Position numbers and translations under genes: made by a program
Assembly (NCBI RefSeq): GCF_963921235.1
Contig: NC_086110.1
Coordinates: forward strand, 9,548,001-9,612,000
Direction: 5' to 3'
DNA: 64,000 nt
DNA from: Mobula hypostoma
Lineage: Eukaryota
The notes under the pieces: model-generated
Databases searched by the model: none
What the model was told of the DNA's origin: nothing
The model's input: the letters and a program-made list of their open reading frames with translations, nothing else
Shown here: piece after piece, positions 9,472 to 22,730 of the stretch
Position numbering within the stretch: position 1 is the first letter of the stretch
Layout: each line of letters opens with the position of its first letter

Positions 9472-11960
9472 CATAAGACCATAAGACAAAGGAGCAGAAG
9501 TAGGCCATTCGGCCCATCGAGTCTGCTCCGCCATTTTATCATGAGCTGATCCATTTTATCCTATTTAGTCCCACTGCCCCGACTTCTCACCATAACCTTT
9601 GATGCCCTGGCTACTGAGATACCTATCAATCTCTGCCTTAAATACACCCAATGACTTGGCCTCCACTGCTGCCCGTGGCAACAAATTCCATAGATTCACC
9701 ACCCTCTGACTAAAAAAATTTTTTCTCATTTCGCATAGGAAAACAGATTATTATCTGAATGGTGGCCGATTAGGAAAAGGGGAGGTGCAACGAGACCTGG
9801 GTGTCCTTATACACCAGTCATTGAAAGTGGGCATGCAGGTACAGCAGGCGGTGAAAAAGGCGAATGGTATGCTGGCATTTATAGCGAGAGGATTCGAGTA
9901 CAGGAGCAGGGAGGTACTACTGCAGTTGTACAAGGCCTTGGTGAGACCACACCTGGAGTATAGTGTGCAGTTTTGGTCCCCTAATCTGAGGAAAGACATC
10001 TTTGCCATAGAGGGACTACAAAGAAGGTTCACCAAATTGATTTCTGGGATGGCAGGACTTTCATATGAAGAAAGACTGGATGAACTGGGCTTGTACTCAT
10101 TGGAATTTAGAAGATTGAGGGGGGATCTGATTGAAACGTATAAGATCCTAAAGGGATTGGACAGGCTAGATGCAGGAAGATTGTTCCCGATGTTGGGGAA
10201 GTCCAGAACGAGGGGTCACAGTTTGAGGATAGAGGGGAAGCCTTTTAGGACCGAGATTAGGAAAAACTTCTTCACACAGAGAGTGGTGAATCTGTGGAAT
10301 TCTCTGCCACAGCAAACTGTTGAGGCCAGTTCATTGGCTATGTTTAAGAGGGAGTTAGATATGGCCCTTGTGGGTACAGGGGTCAGGGGGTATGGAGGGA
10401 AGGCTGGGGCGGGGTTCTGAGTTGGATGATCAGCCATGATCATAATAAATGGTGCGGGCTCGAAGAGCCGAATGGCCTACTCCTGCACCTATTTTCTATG
10501 TTTTCTATGTTTTTTCTATTTCTGTTCTGAATGGGCGCCCTTCAATCCTGAAGTCATGCTCTCTTGTACTAAACTCCCCCATCATGGAAAACAACTTTGC
10601 CACATCCACTCTGTCCATGCCTTTTAACATTCGAAATGTTTCTATGAGGTCTCCCCTCATTCTTCTAAACTCCAAGGAATACAGTCCAAGAGCGGACAAA
10701 CGTTCCTCATATGTTAACCCTCTCATTTCCGGAATCATTCTAGTGAATCTTCTCTGTACCCTCTCCAACGTCAGCACATCCTTTCTTAAATAAGGAGACC
10801 AAAACTGCCCACAGTACTCCAAGTGAGGTCTCACCAGCGCCTTATAGAGCCTCTACATCACATCCCTGCTCCTATACTCTATTCCTCTAGAAATGAATGC
10901 CAACATTGCATTCGGCTTCTTCACTACCGACTCAACCTGGAAGTTAACTTTAAGGGAATCCTGTACGAGGACTCCCAAGTCCCGTTGCATCTCAGAACTT
11001 TGAATTCTTTCCCTATTTAAATAATAGTCTGCCCGTTTATTTTTTCTGCCAAAGTGCATAACCATACACTTTCCAACATTGTACTTCATTTTCCACTTCT
11101 CTGCCCATTCTTCCAATCTATCCAAGTCTCTCTGCAGACTCTCCGTTTCCTCAGCAATACCGGCCCCTCCATCTATCTTCGTATCGTCAGCAAACTTAGC
11201 CACAAAGCCATCTATTCCATAATCCAAATCGTTGATGTACAATGTAAAAAGAAGCGGCCCCAACACTGATCCCTGTGGAACACCACTGGTAACCGGCAGC
11301 CAACCAGAACAGGATCCCTTTATTCCCACTCTCTGTTTCCTGCCAATCAGCCAACGCTCTATCCACGTAGGTAACTTTCCCGTAATTCCATGGGCTCTTA
11401 TCTTGTTAAGTATGTAGCCTCATGTGTGACACCTTGTGAAACGCCTTCTGAAAATCCAAATATACAACATCCACTGCATCTCCCTTGTCTAGCCTACTGG
11501 TAATTTCCTCAAAAAATTGTAATAGGTTTGTCAGGCAGGATTTTCCTTTAAGAAATCCATGCTAAGTTCTGCCTATCTTGTCATATGCCTCCAGGTACTC
11601 TGTAACCTCATCCTTGACAATCGACTCCAACAACTTCCCAACCACCGACGTCAAGCTAACAGGTCTATAATTTCCTTTTTGCTTCCTTGCCCCCTTCTTA
11701 AATAGCGGAGTGACATTTGCAATCTTCCAGTTTTCCGGAACCATGCCAGAATCTATCGACTTTTGAAAGATCATCGCTAATGCCTCCGCAATCTCCACAG
11801 CTACTTCCTTCAGAACACGAGGGTGCATTCCATCTGGTCCAGGAGATTTATCGACCTTTAGCCTATTCAGCTTCCTGAGTACTTTCTCTGTCGTAATTGT
11901 GACTGCGCACACTTCTCTTCCCTGCCACCCTTGAGTGTCCGGTATCCTGCTGTCTTCCTA
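9472..11960 (-). mobile_element. CR1 LINE ((TCTTATGG)n tail family), interrupted by a second LINE at 9733-10517
   Basis: Tail at 9472; RT ORFs 10505..10834, 10853..11329 and 11562..11912 (GVPQGSVLGPLLF, KFADDTK). Confidence 0.9.
9733..10517 (+). mobile_element. 5'-truncated CR1 LINE inserted into another LINE
   Basis: ORF 9785..10420 encodes the ORF2 C-terminus; (TTTTCTATG)n tail; ATTTC duplicated at 9728-9732 and 10518-10522. Confidence 0.88.
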
Positions 11961-13364
11961 TATAACTGATAATAAATTATATGGACAAAGAATGCTTTAT
12001 CAAACAATATATTTATAATATTATTCAAGCATTACTGAATTATTAAATATACAATTGGTAATTTAATTTCTTAATGTGAGCATTATTAGCGTTTAACTAG
12101 ATGATTCTATTGGCCATTAATACCTATATTGTCTTACTGTGATTGGTGATTAATCACATAAAGTACGAATTTGAACATACACAATGTTACCAATTGGTCA
12201 TTGTCCGTATCCAATAGATTAATTCTGTATAAGAATTGCATTTCTTTTTTCCAACTGCAGAACAGTGTGGTGACAGGAACCAGATTGTTCTTCTTGTGCA
12301 CAAGTAAATATACTGTGTATTTGAGGAACAAGTGTGAGTTTTCAGAGTCCAGTTAGTCGGCAATGAAAATGGCCAGTTTAGTCCCGTTTCCTTAGACTCC
12401 TAGTTCTAGTCTCTCCCTCAAGAAGAAACATCCTCTCCACCTCTATCCTGTCAAGATCTCCGAGGATCATATATGTTTGAATCAAACTGCCCCTCCAGGT
12501 TAGTTTCTTCTTTGTAGTTCTGAAATCACTGGAAGAGATTTGAACAATGTGTGCAAAATGTTAAAATGAACAGAAGCAGCAAACCCATCTCCTTTTGTTC
12601 CAATGCTGAAGAATGAGGTGACTGAATCTTTAAGTTAATGTTAACTGTTCAACAGTAAAAACATGATAGAATTTTAAACGCAGTTCTGTCAAACTGGAAT
12701 TCTTTCCAACCAAAGGGCAATTGAAACTTTCCTCAAAATAATGGATTATTATTTGTTGTACGGGGATTTCACGAGACTGATGAATGAATCTGACTGAGGT
12801 ATAGACCATTAAGGATCTAATTCAGATCAGCTTTGAGGATTTCTGTAGCTTTTTCCAGTTCCGAATGATGCAAAATGAAATGACAATCATAGACCAGGTC
12901 TTTTCTACTATCCCACTATTTTACAATGTTCAAATTTCTCAGTATTTTGCAGGAATTGTTACTCGGCCCAAGGACAGGTTTTAAGTTGCAGTGTATATTA
13001 TACTTGTGATGGTGAGTTACAAGCTCCAGTCGACTTGATGCGCCCTTTGTAACAACTAACTCCCTGTGTTAAACAGGAAACGCAAAACATTACAGGAATC
13101 CTCTGACTGCCAAGTCAGCAGTTAACCCCAAAACATGAGTTAAGTTCCTTTGTGGATATCAGAGCCTTGTAATCAGGGCATTACGTAGGGAGGAGCAGGG
13201 TGTGAGGGTAAGGGTGTTCCTGCAGGTTCGCATAACTCAGATGGGACCAGCAGTGTAGGGTAACTCACAGATTACCAGCGAATTCCTCCTCCGGCTTCTC
13301 CACCCCTACTCTGTACCCTGCAAGTTTGTATCATTCATCGTGTGAGATCTGATCTAATGCAAGA

Positions 13365-14655
13365 CTACGCAGGCGCATGCATCGGCCAGTAGAGCGTGAA
13401 AAGTTTAAAAAGGCAAGGAATCTTCAGCGGTTTTAGATCGAAGCAAGAAGGCTGCGAGTGAACGGCTGAGGATTTCCAGAGCGAAAAAACTCGGAAGATA
13501 GTTTGCCTCCCAGGTGCCAGGGTCCGGGATGTTTCAGATCGCGTCCACGATATCCTGCAGTGGCAGGGAGAAGAGCCAGAAGTCGTGGTACATATTGGTA
13601 CCAATGACATAGGTAGGAAAAGGGAAGAGGTCCTGTAAACAGACTACAAAGAGTTAGGAAGGAAGTTGAGAAGCAGGACCACAAAGGTAGCAATCTCGGG
13701 ATTACTGCCTGTGCTACGTCGCGTATAGTGAGTATAGGAATAGAATGAGGTGGCAGATAAATGCGTGGCTCAGGAATTGGAGCACGGGGTAGGGATTCAG
13801 ATTTCGAGATCATTGGGACATCTTTTGGGTCTTTTTAGGAACAGAGATGTTGATCATTGGGACATCTTTTGGGTCTTTTTAGGAACAGAGAAGTTGAAAA
13901 ATAGTTTAAATGGAGGAAGGGGAATTATGAGGCTATCAGACAGGAAATTGGAAGCTTAAACTGGGAACAGATGTTCTCAGGGAAAAGTACGAAAGAAATG
14001 TGCCAAATGTTCAGGGGATATTTGTGCGGAGTTCTACATAGGTACGTTCCAATGAGACAGGGAAGTTATGGTAGGGTACAGGACACGTAGTGTACAAAGG
14101 CTGTAATAAATCTAGTCAAGAAGAAAAGAAAAGCTTACAAAAGGTTCAGAGATCTTGGTGATGTTAGAGATCCAGAAGATTATAAGGCTAATAGGAAGGA
14201 GCTTAAGAAGGAAATTAGGAAAGCCAGAAAGCGACATGAAAAGACCTTGGCGAGCAGGATTAAGGAAAACCCCAAGGCATTCTACAAGTATGTGAAGAGC
14301 AAGAAGATAAGACGTGAAAGAATAGGACCTATCAAGTGTGACAGTGGGCAAGTGTCTATGGAACTGGAGGAAATGGCGGAGGTAATTAATGAATACTTTA
14401 CTTCAGTATTTACTATGGAAAAGGATCTTGGTGATTGTAGTGATGATTTGCAGCGGACTGAAAAGCTTGAGCATGTAGATATTAAGAAAGAGGATGGGCT
14501 GGAACCTTTGGAAAGAATTAAATTGGATAAGTCGCCGGGACCGGATGAGATGTCCCCCAGGGTACTGTGGCAGGCGAGGGAGGAGATTGTTGAGCCTCTG
14601 GCGATGATCGTTGCATCATCAGTGGGGAGATGTTCTGGAGGATTGCAGGGTTGGC
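13365..14655 (+). mobile_element. Deleted CR1 5' region (5'UTR, ORF1 esterase fragment, ORF2 fragment)
   Basis: CLPGARVRDVSD and VVVHIGTND-encoding sequence; ORF 14247..14828 contains KSPGPDEM. Confidence 0.8.
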
Positions 14656-14659
14656 GACA

Positions 14660-16400
14660 GAACCACAGGACCATAGAACATTATAGCGCAGAAAGAGGCT
14701 TTCTCCCCCTTCTTGGCTGTGCCGAAACATTTTTCTGCCTAGTCCCACTGACCTGCACCTGGACCATATCCCTCCATACACTTCTCATGCATGTACCTGT
14801 CCAAGTTTTTCTTAAATGTTCAAAATGAGCCCGCATTTACCACTTCATCTTGCAGCTCATTCCACACCCCCACCACTCTCTGTGTGAAGAAACCCCCCCC
14901 CAATGTTCCCTTTAAACTTTTCCCCCTTCACCCTCAACCCATGTCCTCTGGTTTTTTCTTCCCTTAGCCTAAGTGGAAAAGCCTGCTTGCATTCTCTCTA
15001 TCTATACCCATCATAATTTTATATGCTCGATCAAATCTCCCCTCATTCTTCTACGCTCCAGGGAATAAAGTCGTAACCTATTCAACCTTTCTCTGTAACT
15101 CAGTTTCTCAAGTCCCGGCAACATCCTTGTAAACCTACTCTGCACTCTTTCAACCTTATTAATATCCTTCCTATAGGTTGGTGACCAAAACTGTACACAC
15201 TACTCCAAATTCGGCCTCTCCAATGCCTTATACAACCTCACCATAACATTCCAACTCTTATACTCAATACTTTGAAAGGCCAATCTACCAAAAGCTCTCT
15301 TTACGACCCTATCTACCTGTGACACCACTTATAGGGAATTTTCTATCTGTAATCCCAGATCCTTCTGTTGTACTGCACACCACTAATCACAGGCCTCCAC
15401 TCAGAGAAGCAATCCTCCACTACCACTCTCTGGCTTCTTCCTTTGAGCCAATATCTAACCCAATTTACTACCTCTCCATGTATACCTAACGACTGAATCT
15501 TCTTAACTAACCTCCCATCGGGACCTTGTCAAAGGCCTTACTGAAGTCCATGTAGACAACATCCACTGTCTTTCCTTCATCCACTTTCCTGATAACCTCC
15601 TCGAAAAACTCTAATAGATTGGTTAAACATGACCTACCACGCCATGTTAACTCTCCCTAATAAGTCCTTGTTTATCTAAATACTTGTAAATCCTATCTCT
15701 CAGTACTCCTTCCAATAATATGCCTACTACCGAGTCAAACTTACCGGTCTATCATTTCCCCGATTACTTTTAGATCCTTTTTTAAAATAAAAGAACAAAA
15801 TGAGCTATCCTCCAATCCTCAGGCACCTCACCCGTAGATAACAACATTTTAAATATATCTGCCAGGGCCCTTGCAATTTCAACACTCGTCTCCTTCGAGG
15901 TCCGAGGGAATACCCTGTCAGATCCTGGGGATTTATCTCCTCTGAGTTGCCTCAAGATAGCAAGCACCTCCTCCTCCTGCTGAATCCGTATAGGTTCCAT
16001 GACTGCACTACTTGTTTGCCTTATTTCCATTGAATCCTTCACTACTTGTTTGCCTTATTTCCATTTATCCCTTACTATCCCTTTGCTCTTAATATATCTG
16101 TAGAAACTCTTCGAATTATCCTTCACCTTGACTGCCCAAGCAACCTCATGTCTTCTTTTCGCCGTCCTGATTTCGTTCTTAAGTATTCTTTGCACTTTTT
16201 ATACTCCTCAAGCACCTTATTTGCTCCCTGTTTTCTGTACATATCATACATCTCTCTCTTCTTCTTTATCAGAGTTCCAATAGCCATTGAAAACCAAGGT
16301 TCCTTATTTTTATTCACTTTGCCTTTAATCCTGACAGGAACATACAAACTCTGCACTCTCAAAATTTCTCCCTTGAAGGCCTCCCACTTACCAATCACAT
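14660..16400 (-). mobile_element. CR1 LINE fragments with 3' tail
   Basis: Tail at about 14670; ORFs 15782..16042 and 16123..16398. Confidence 0.82.
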
Positions 16401-16860
16401 CCCTGCCAGAGTTGTTCCCTTATTCAAGAAAGTTTGTAGACATAGCTCAGGAAATTATAGAACAGTGTGTCTTACTTCAGTAGTTGCTAAGTTGATGGAG
16501 AAGATCCTGAAAGGCAGGATTTATGAACATTTAAAGAGATATAATATTAGGAATAGTCAGCATATCTTTGTTTAGGCTAGGTCATGCCTTACGAATCGGA
16601 TTGAAATTTTTTGATGATGTGACGAAACACACTGATGAAGGAAGAGCAGTAGATGTAGTGTATATGGATTTCAGCAAAGCATTTGATAAGATACTCCATG
16701 CAAGGATTATTGATAAAGTAAGGAGGCATGGGATCCAAGGGGACATTGTTGTGTGGATCCAGAACTGGCTTACCCACAGAAGGCAATGAGTGGTTGTCGA
16801 CGGGCCATATTCTGCATGGAAATCGGTGACCAGTGGTGTGCCTCAGGGATCTGCATTACC
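16400..16860 (+). mobile_element. CR1 RT fragment
   Basis: VDVVYMDFSKAFDK motif (16568..16789). Confidence 0.85.
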
Positions 16861-17393
16861 CTTGGCGTGGCATTCCGTGCACCGGGCACTTCCTGTGTAA
16901 AAAATAAAATCATATTTTAATTCCACCTCCACCCCCCGCCCCCCGCATATGTTCCGCCAATCACGTCAAATCATACCCCCCATATTAGCCATTTTCACCC
17001 TGGTAAAGGTCTATGGTTATCCACTCTATGTATGACTCCTATTTTCCTGTACACCTCTGTCAAGTCACCTCTCATCCTGATTCGCTACAAAGAGGAAAGC
17101 TCTAGCTCACTCAACCTATCCTTATAAGACATGTAGCGTCCTGATAAATCTCCTTTGCACTTTCTCTGAAACTTCCACATCCTTCTTATAATGAGATGAC
17201 GAAAATTGAGCACACTAGTCCAAGCAGAGCAACATTAATTCGTGGCTCTCGAACTCAGTCCACCGACTAATGACATTATTGTTGAAGCAAGGTTCTAGTT
17301 TCTGCGACTGCACAAAGATGGGCAGCACCTGTACTTCCAAAAAACACGTTAGGCTGTGTTTGATGGTGCGTTCGGGGTTTGTAACTCTGAGTG

Positions 17394-18564
17394 TGTCACA
17401 ATGGGGCGCGTTGGGAACGGACCCAAATGCAAGGCACAGACACTGAAGTACCAGGAACAAGACTTGACTAGAGTAGGGACGGGACAGGATACAGACAAGG
17501 ATCAGGGACAAAAACGCAGACTTGGGCTAGGACATAGACTAGACAGTGAACTCGGAAAAGGAAATATGAACTAGGAGCCTAGGCTTGGGAAAGCGGGACC
17601 AGGACTAGGAACCATGAACTAGAAGTATGTGCTTGTAGTCCGAGCCAGAGTCTGGACAAGGACCTAGAACCTAGGTTTTGCCTCGGGATCGGACCCCAGT
17701 ACTAGGCAAGGACATAACATGGCTACAGGACAGAACGTGGCTGGGGTCTTGAGGCTTGGGGCTGCAGGCTGGGGTCTTGGAATGTGGAGGCTGGAGCTCG
17801 GAGACACACTGGGAACATCAACATAGAGCAGGGACTTATCCTTCGAAAGCCGGGACTCATCTTTAACACGACACTAACATGAGACTGGACAGTACATAGA
17901 CATAGAGCCGGGAGTTATCCTCAGAGAAGCCCGGACTCAACTTTATGTCCACACCAAGGTGAGTCATGTCCATCCGTCGGATAACGGCAGAATGGCCAGA
18001 TTTACTCCACGGAGGCGAGGACAAGACAAGACAGATCCCCCCGCAGACCAACAGCAGAACGGCCTGACTTACCCCACGGAGGCGAGGACAAGAAGAGACA
18101 AACACTGAAAAACGGCAGACAGTTCCACCTCTGCATCGGGGTTGCTCCAAGTCGCAGTTACGGCCAGCAACCTCGGCTGGCTACGGAAACAGCCGGATCC
18201 CTACCTAGCTCGGAGTGACTGACGGCCACTCAGCTGGCCCGGGAAACGGCCGAATCTATACCGCAAAGACAGCTCCGACTACCGACAGCAAGGCTCCATG
18301 AAGCGATGGTTCTCAAAAGCGGCCTAAAGAAGGCAAGTGGCCGCTCTAGCCTTCCACCGGCAGGTTGCTCCCAAAGGATCTTGACAAGTCAAACCAGCAG
18401 CCCACACTCGACCTCAAGGCTACTTATATTCCAAGCACCAAGATTGGAATCAGTTACCTATGATGAACCCAGCCGAAACAAGGGACAGCTGGTAAACCCG
18501 GAGTCCTGAGTCTGCGGACCGGACCGTGAACTGGAATGCTGACTTCACGGACCGGACCATGACA
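17394..18564 (-). mobile_element. Solo LTR (1171 bp) with 5-bp target-site duplication
   Basis: TGTCA...TGACA termini; GAGTG at 17389-17393 and 18565-18569. Same family as the 58708 copy; orientation inferred from that copy's AATAAA. Confidence 0.8.
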
Positions 18565-18899
18565 GAGTGAAGCTTGTTCAGTCTATAAGTATGGGGATCA
18601 CATGACACAACATGCAATATATACATGTATGTATGTATAGATAGCAGAATGGTTCGTTTTGTATTTCAGTACACGAAGTCCTAAATAATATGGAATAGCT
18701 GACAATCTTGCTTCTCTTCCTTCCTTACACCCACCCTCTTTACCTTGCTCTCTCCCATCCTTCCTCCCCCTCTCTGTTCTAGAAGGGACATCTAAAATCG
18801 GCAGATTAATTTATTATTGTCACCTTTATTGTGTGCAGTAATGGCCACCGACCTGCAGGAGAGATATACTGCCTATCAGCCAATCTTCACCATGATCGT

Positions 18900-20290
18900 A
18901 TCTTTACTGTAATACCCTGGGGTCGTATCTTATTAAGCAACCTCATGTGAGGAAGCTTGTTAAAGGCCTTCTGAAGATCCAAATAGGCAACGCACTGACT
19001 GTCCTTTGTCTATCCTGCCTGTTATTTCCTCAAAGAATTCAAAAAGGTTTGTTAGGCAAGAGTTTCCATTATGAAAATTATACTGACTTTGGCTAATTTT
19101 ATCATGCGCCTTCAAGTACCCTGAAACCTCACCCTTAATAATGGACGTAAGCATTTTAGAACCACTAGTCAGGCTAAATGGCCTATAATTTCCTTCATTC
19201 TGCCTTCTTAAAGTGTGGGGTGACCTTTGCAATTTTGCAGTCCTCTGGAAGAATTCTAGAAACTTGTGATTCTTGAAAGACCATTTATAATGCATTCACA
19301 ATCATTTCAGCTACCTCTTTTAGGACTCTGGGGTGTAGTCTGCTTTGTCTAGGTGACCAATCTATCTTCAGATCTTTCAGCTTCGTAAGTAGATTCTCCA
19401 TAAGTAATAACAGCTACACTGTCTTCTGCTCCCTAACATTCTCGAATTTCTGGCATATTGCCCCTGGCTTCCACGCTGAAGATTGATGCAAAATATTTAT
19501 AAAATTCATCCACCATTTCTTTGTTCACTATTAGTTCCTCACCAGCATTATTTCCAGCGGTCCAATATCCACTCTCATCTTCCTTTTACTCTTTATATGT
19601 CTGAAAAGAAAAAAAACTTTTGGTAGCCTCATTGGCTAGCTTACCTCGACATTTCGTCTTTTCCCTCCATATTTTTAATGTCTTTCTGTTGTTTATTTAA
19701 TAAACCTCCCAATCCTATAACTTCCCACTAGTTTTTTTTTGCGATGTTATATGACCTCGCTTTTATTTTATGCTTTATTTGACTTTGGTTGCCTCGTCCT
19801 CCCTTCAGAATGCTTCTTCTTTGGGATGTACCTATCTTGCAACTTCTGAATTCCCCCAGAAACTCCAGGATTATTGCCCTACCAACCCCTTCCAAACAAC
19901 ATTAGCCAACTCTCTCTGTCATGTCTCTGTAATCCCCTTTACTCCCCTTTACTCCCCTGTAATACTGATACATCTAACTTTAGCTTTTCCGTCTCAAACT
20001 GCAGGATGAATGCTATCATTTTCGGATCACTGCCTCCCAATAGTTCCTTTACCTTAAGTTCCCAAATCAAATTATTGTTATTAGACAATATAGCTAATTA
20101 CAGAGTTGCTTTTCTCCTGGCAGGCTCAACTCAAGCTTCTCCAGACAGCAATCTCCTTTGCATTCTAAAATTTCTCTCTGTTGGAATTTAACACCAACCT
20201 CATTTTCCTCAGTTGCCTGCATATTGAAATCCCCTATGGCTATTGTAAAATTGCCTTTCTTACATGCTATATCTATTTCCCATTGAAACA
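18900..20290 (-). mobile_element. Old degenerate CR1 fragments
   Basis: NYRPFSLTS and CLTNLFEFFE motifs (18960..19295). Confidence 0.75.
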
Positions 20291-20321
20291 GAAATTTCCC
20301 ACTGAAATTGTATTTCCTTTA

Positions 20322-22690
20322 CAAACATAGAAACATAGAAAATAGGTGCAGAAGTAGGCCATTCAGCCCTTCGAGCCTGCACTGCCATTCAATATGATCA
20401 TGGCTGATCATCCAACTCAGAACCCTGTACCAGCCTTCCCTCCATACCCCCTGATCCCTTTAGCCACAAGGGCCATATCTAACTCCCTCTTAAATATAGG
20501 CAATGAACTGACCTCAACTGTTTCCTGTGGCAGAGAATTCCACAGATTCACCACTCTCTGTGTGAAGAAGTTTTTTCCTAATCTCGGTCCTAAATGGCTT
20601 CCCCTTTATTCTCAAACTGTGACCCCTCGTTCTGGACATCCCCAACATCGGGAACAATCTTCCTGCATCAAGCCTGTCCAATCCCTTTAGGATTTTATAC
20701 GTTTCAATAAGATCCCCCCTCAATATTCTAAATTCCGACGAGTATAAGCCTAGTCGATCCAATCTTTCATCATATGAAAGTCCTGCCATCCCAGGAATCA
20801 ATCTGGTGAATCTTCTTTGTACTCCCTCTATGGCAAGGATGTCTTTCCTCAGATTAGGGGACCAAAACTGCACACAATACTCCAGGTGTGGTCTCACCAA
20901 GGCCTTGTACAACTGCAATAGTACCTCCCTGCTCCTGTACTCGAATCCTCTTGCTATGAATGCCAGCATACCATTCGCCTTTTTCACCACCTGCTGTACC
21001 TGCATGCCCACTTTCAATGACTGGTGTATAATGACACCCAGGTCTCGTTGCACCTCCCCTTTTCCTAATCGGCCACCATTCAAATAATAATATGGGTTCC
21101 TGTTTTTGCCACCAAAGTGGATAACCTCACATTTATCCACATTAAATTGCATCTGCCATGAATTTGCCCACTCACCTAACCTGACCTCTTAGCATCCTCC
21201 TCACAGCTAACACTGCCGGCCAGCTTCGTGTCATCCGCAAACTTGGAGATGCTGCATTTAATTCTATCATCTAAGTCATTAATATATATTGTAAACAACT
21301 GGGGTCCCAGCACTGAGCCTTGCGGTACCCCACTAGTCACTGCCTGCCATTCTGAAAAGGTATCGTTTATTCCCATCTTTGTTTCCTGTCTGCCAACCAA
21401 TTCTCTATCCACATCAATACCTTACCCCCAATACAGTGTGCTTTAAGTTTGCACACTAATCTCCTGTGTGGGACCTTTTCTAAAGCCTTTTGAAAATCCA
21501 AATATACCACATCCACTGGTTCTCCCCTATCCACTCTACTAGTTACATCCTCAAAAAATACTATGAGATTTAATCTAAAGAGTTTTGAAAAATTATCTCT
21601 AATGCACCCACTATTTCTTGGGCTACTTCCTTAAGCACTCTGGGATGTAGACCATCTGGCCCTGGGGTTTTATCTGCCTTTAATCCCTTCAATTTACCTA
21701 ACACCACTTCCCTACTAACATGTATTTCCCTCAGTTCCTCCATCTCACTAGACCCTCTGCCCCCTACTATTTTCGGAAGATTATTTATGTCCTCCTTAAT
21801 GAAGACAAAACCAAAGTAGTTATTCAACTGGTCTGCCATGTCCTTGCTCCCCATAATCAATTCACCTTTTTCTGTCTGTAGGGGACCTACATTTGTCTTA
21901 ACCAATCTTTTTCTTTTCACATATCTATAAAAGCCTTTACAGTCAATTTTTATGTTCCCTCCCAGTTTTCTCTCAGAACCTTTTTTCCCTTTCCTAATTA
22001 AGCCCTTTGTCCTCCTCTGCTGGACTCTGAATTTCTCCCAGTCCACAGGTGAGCCGCTTTTTCTGGCTAATTTGTGTGCTTCTTCTTTGGAATTGATACT
22101 ATCACTAATTTCCCTTGTCCGCCACGGGTGCTCTACCTTCCCTGAGTTATTCTTTTGCCAAGCTGGGATGAACAATTGTTGTAGTTCATCCATGCGATCT
22201 TTAAATGCTTGCCATTGCATATCCACCGTCAACCCTTTAAGTGTCATTTGCCAGTCTATCCCGGCTAATTCACGTCTCATACCTTCAAAGTTACCCTTCT
22301 TTAAGTTCAGAACCTTTGTTTCTGAATTAACTATGTCACCCTCCATCTTAATGAATAATTCCACCATACTGTGGTCACTCTTACCCAAGGGGCCTCGCAC
22401 AAGAAGATTGCTAATTAACCCTTCATCATTGCTCAATAACCAGTCTAGAATAGCCTGCTCACTAGTTGGTTCCTCGACATGTTGGCTCAAAAAGCCATCC
22501 CGCATACATTCCAAGAAATCCTCTTTCTCAGCATCCTTACCAATTTGGTTCACCCAATCTATATGTAGATGTAGATTTCCCACATCCTGAGTACTATTCA
22601 AAGGCCCGTATATAACTCCAATTAGGTTCTTTCTGCTGTTGCAGTTTCTTAACTCGACCCACAAGGTTCCAAGTCTTCCAAACTTATGTC
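20322..22690 (-). mobile_element. CR1 LINE with internal deletions (endonuclease to 3' tail)
   Basis: ORFs 21570..22664, 21176..21412 and 20514..21152; (AAACATAG)n on the plus strand at 20322. Confidence 0.92.
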
Positions 22691-22730
22691 ACCTCTTTCT
22701 AAGGAATGATTTCATTTTTCTACCAACACA

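Noticed and set aside
12845-12870. GTGKS Walker-A-like peptide on the minus strand
   Set aside because: It lies in a short frame closed by nearby stops, with no NTPase context.
13809-13890. Short local tandem duplications (also about 15995-16045 and 34165-34230)
   Set aside because: These are two-copy 30-40 bp duplications inside decayed LINEs, i.e. ordinary slippage or junction products.
21952-22590. Long antisense ORFs over LINEs (also 1448..1939, 34864..35268, 44955..45347)
   Set aside because: These are shadow ORFs opposite CR1 ORF2 with no independent protein features.
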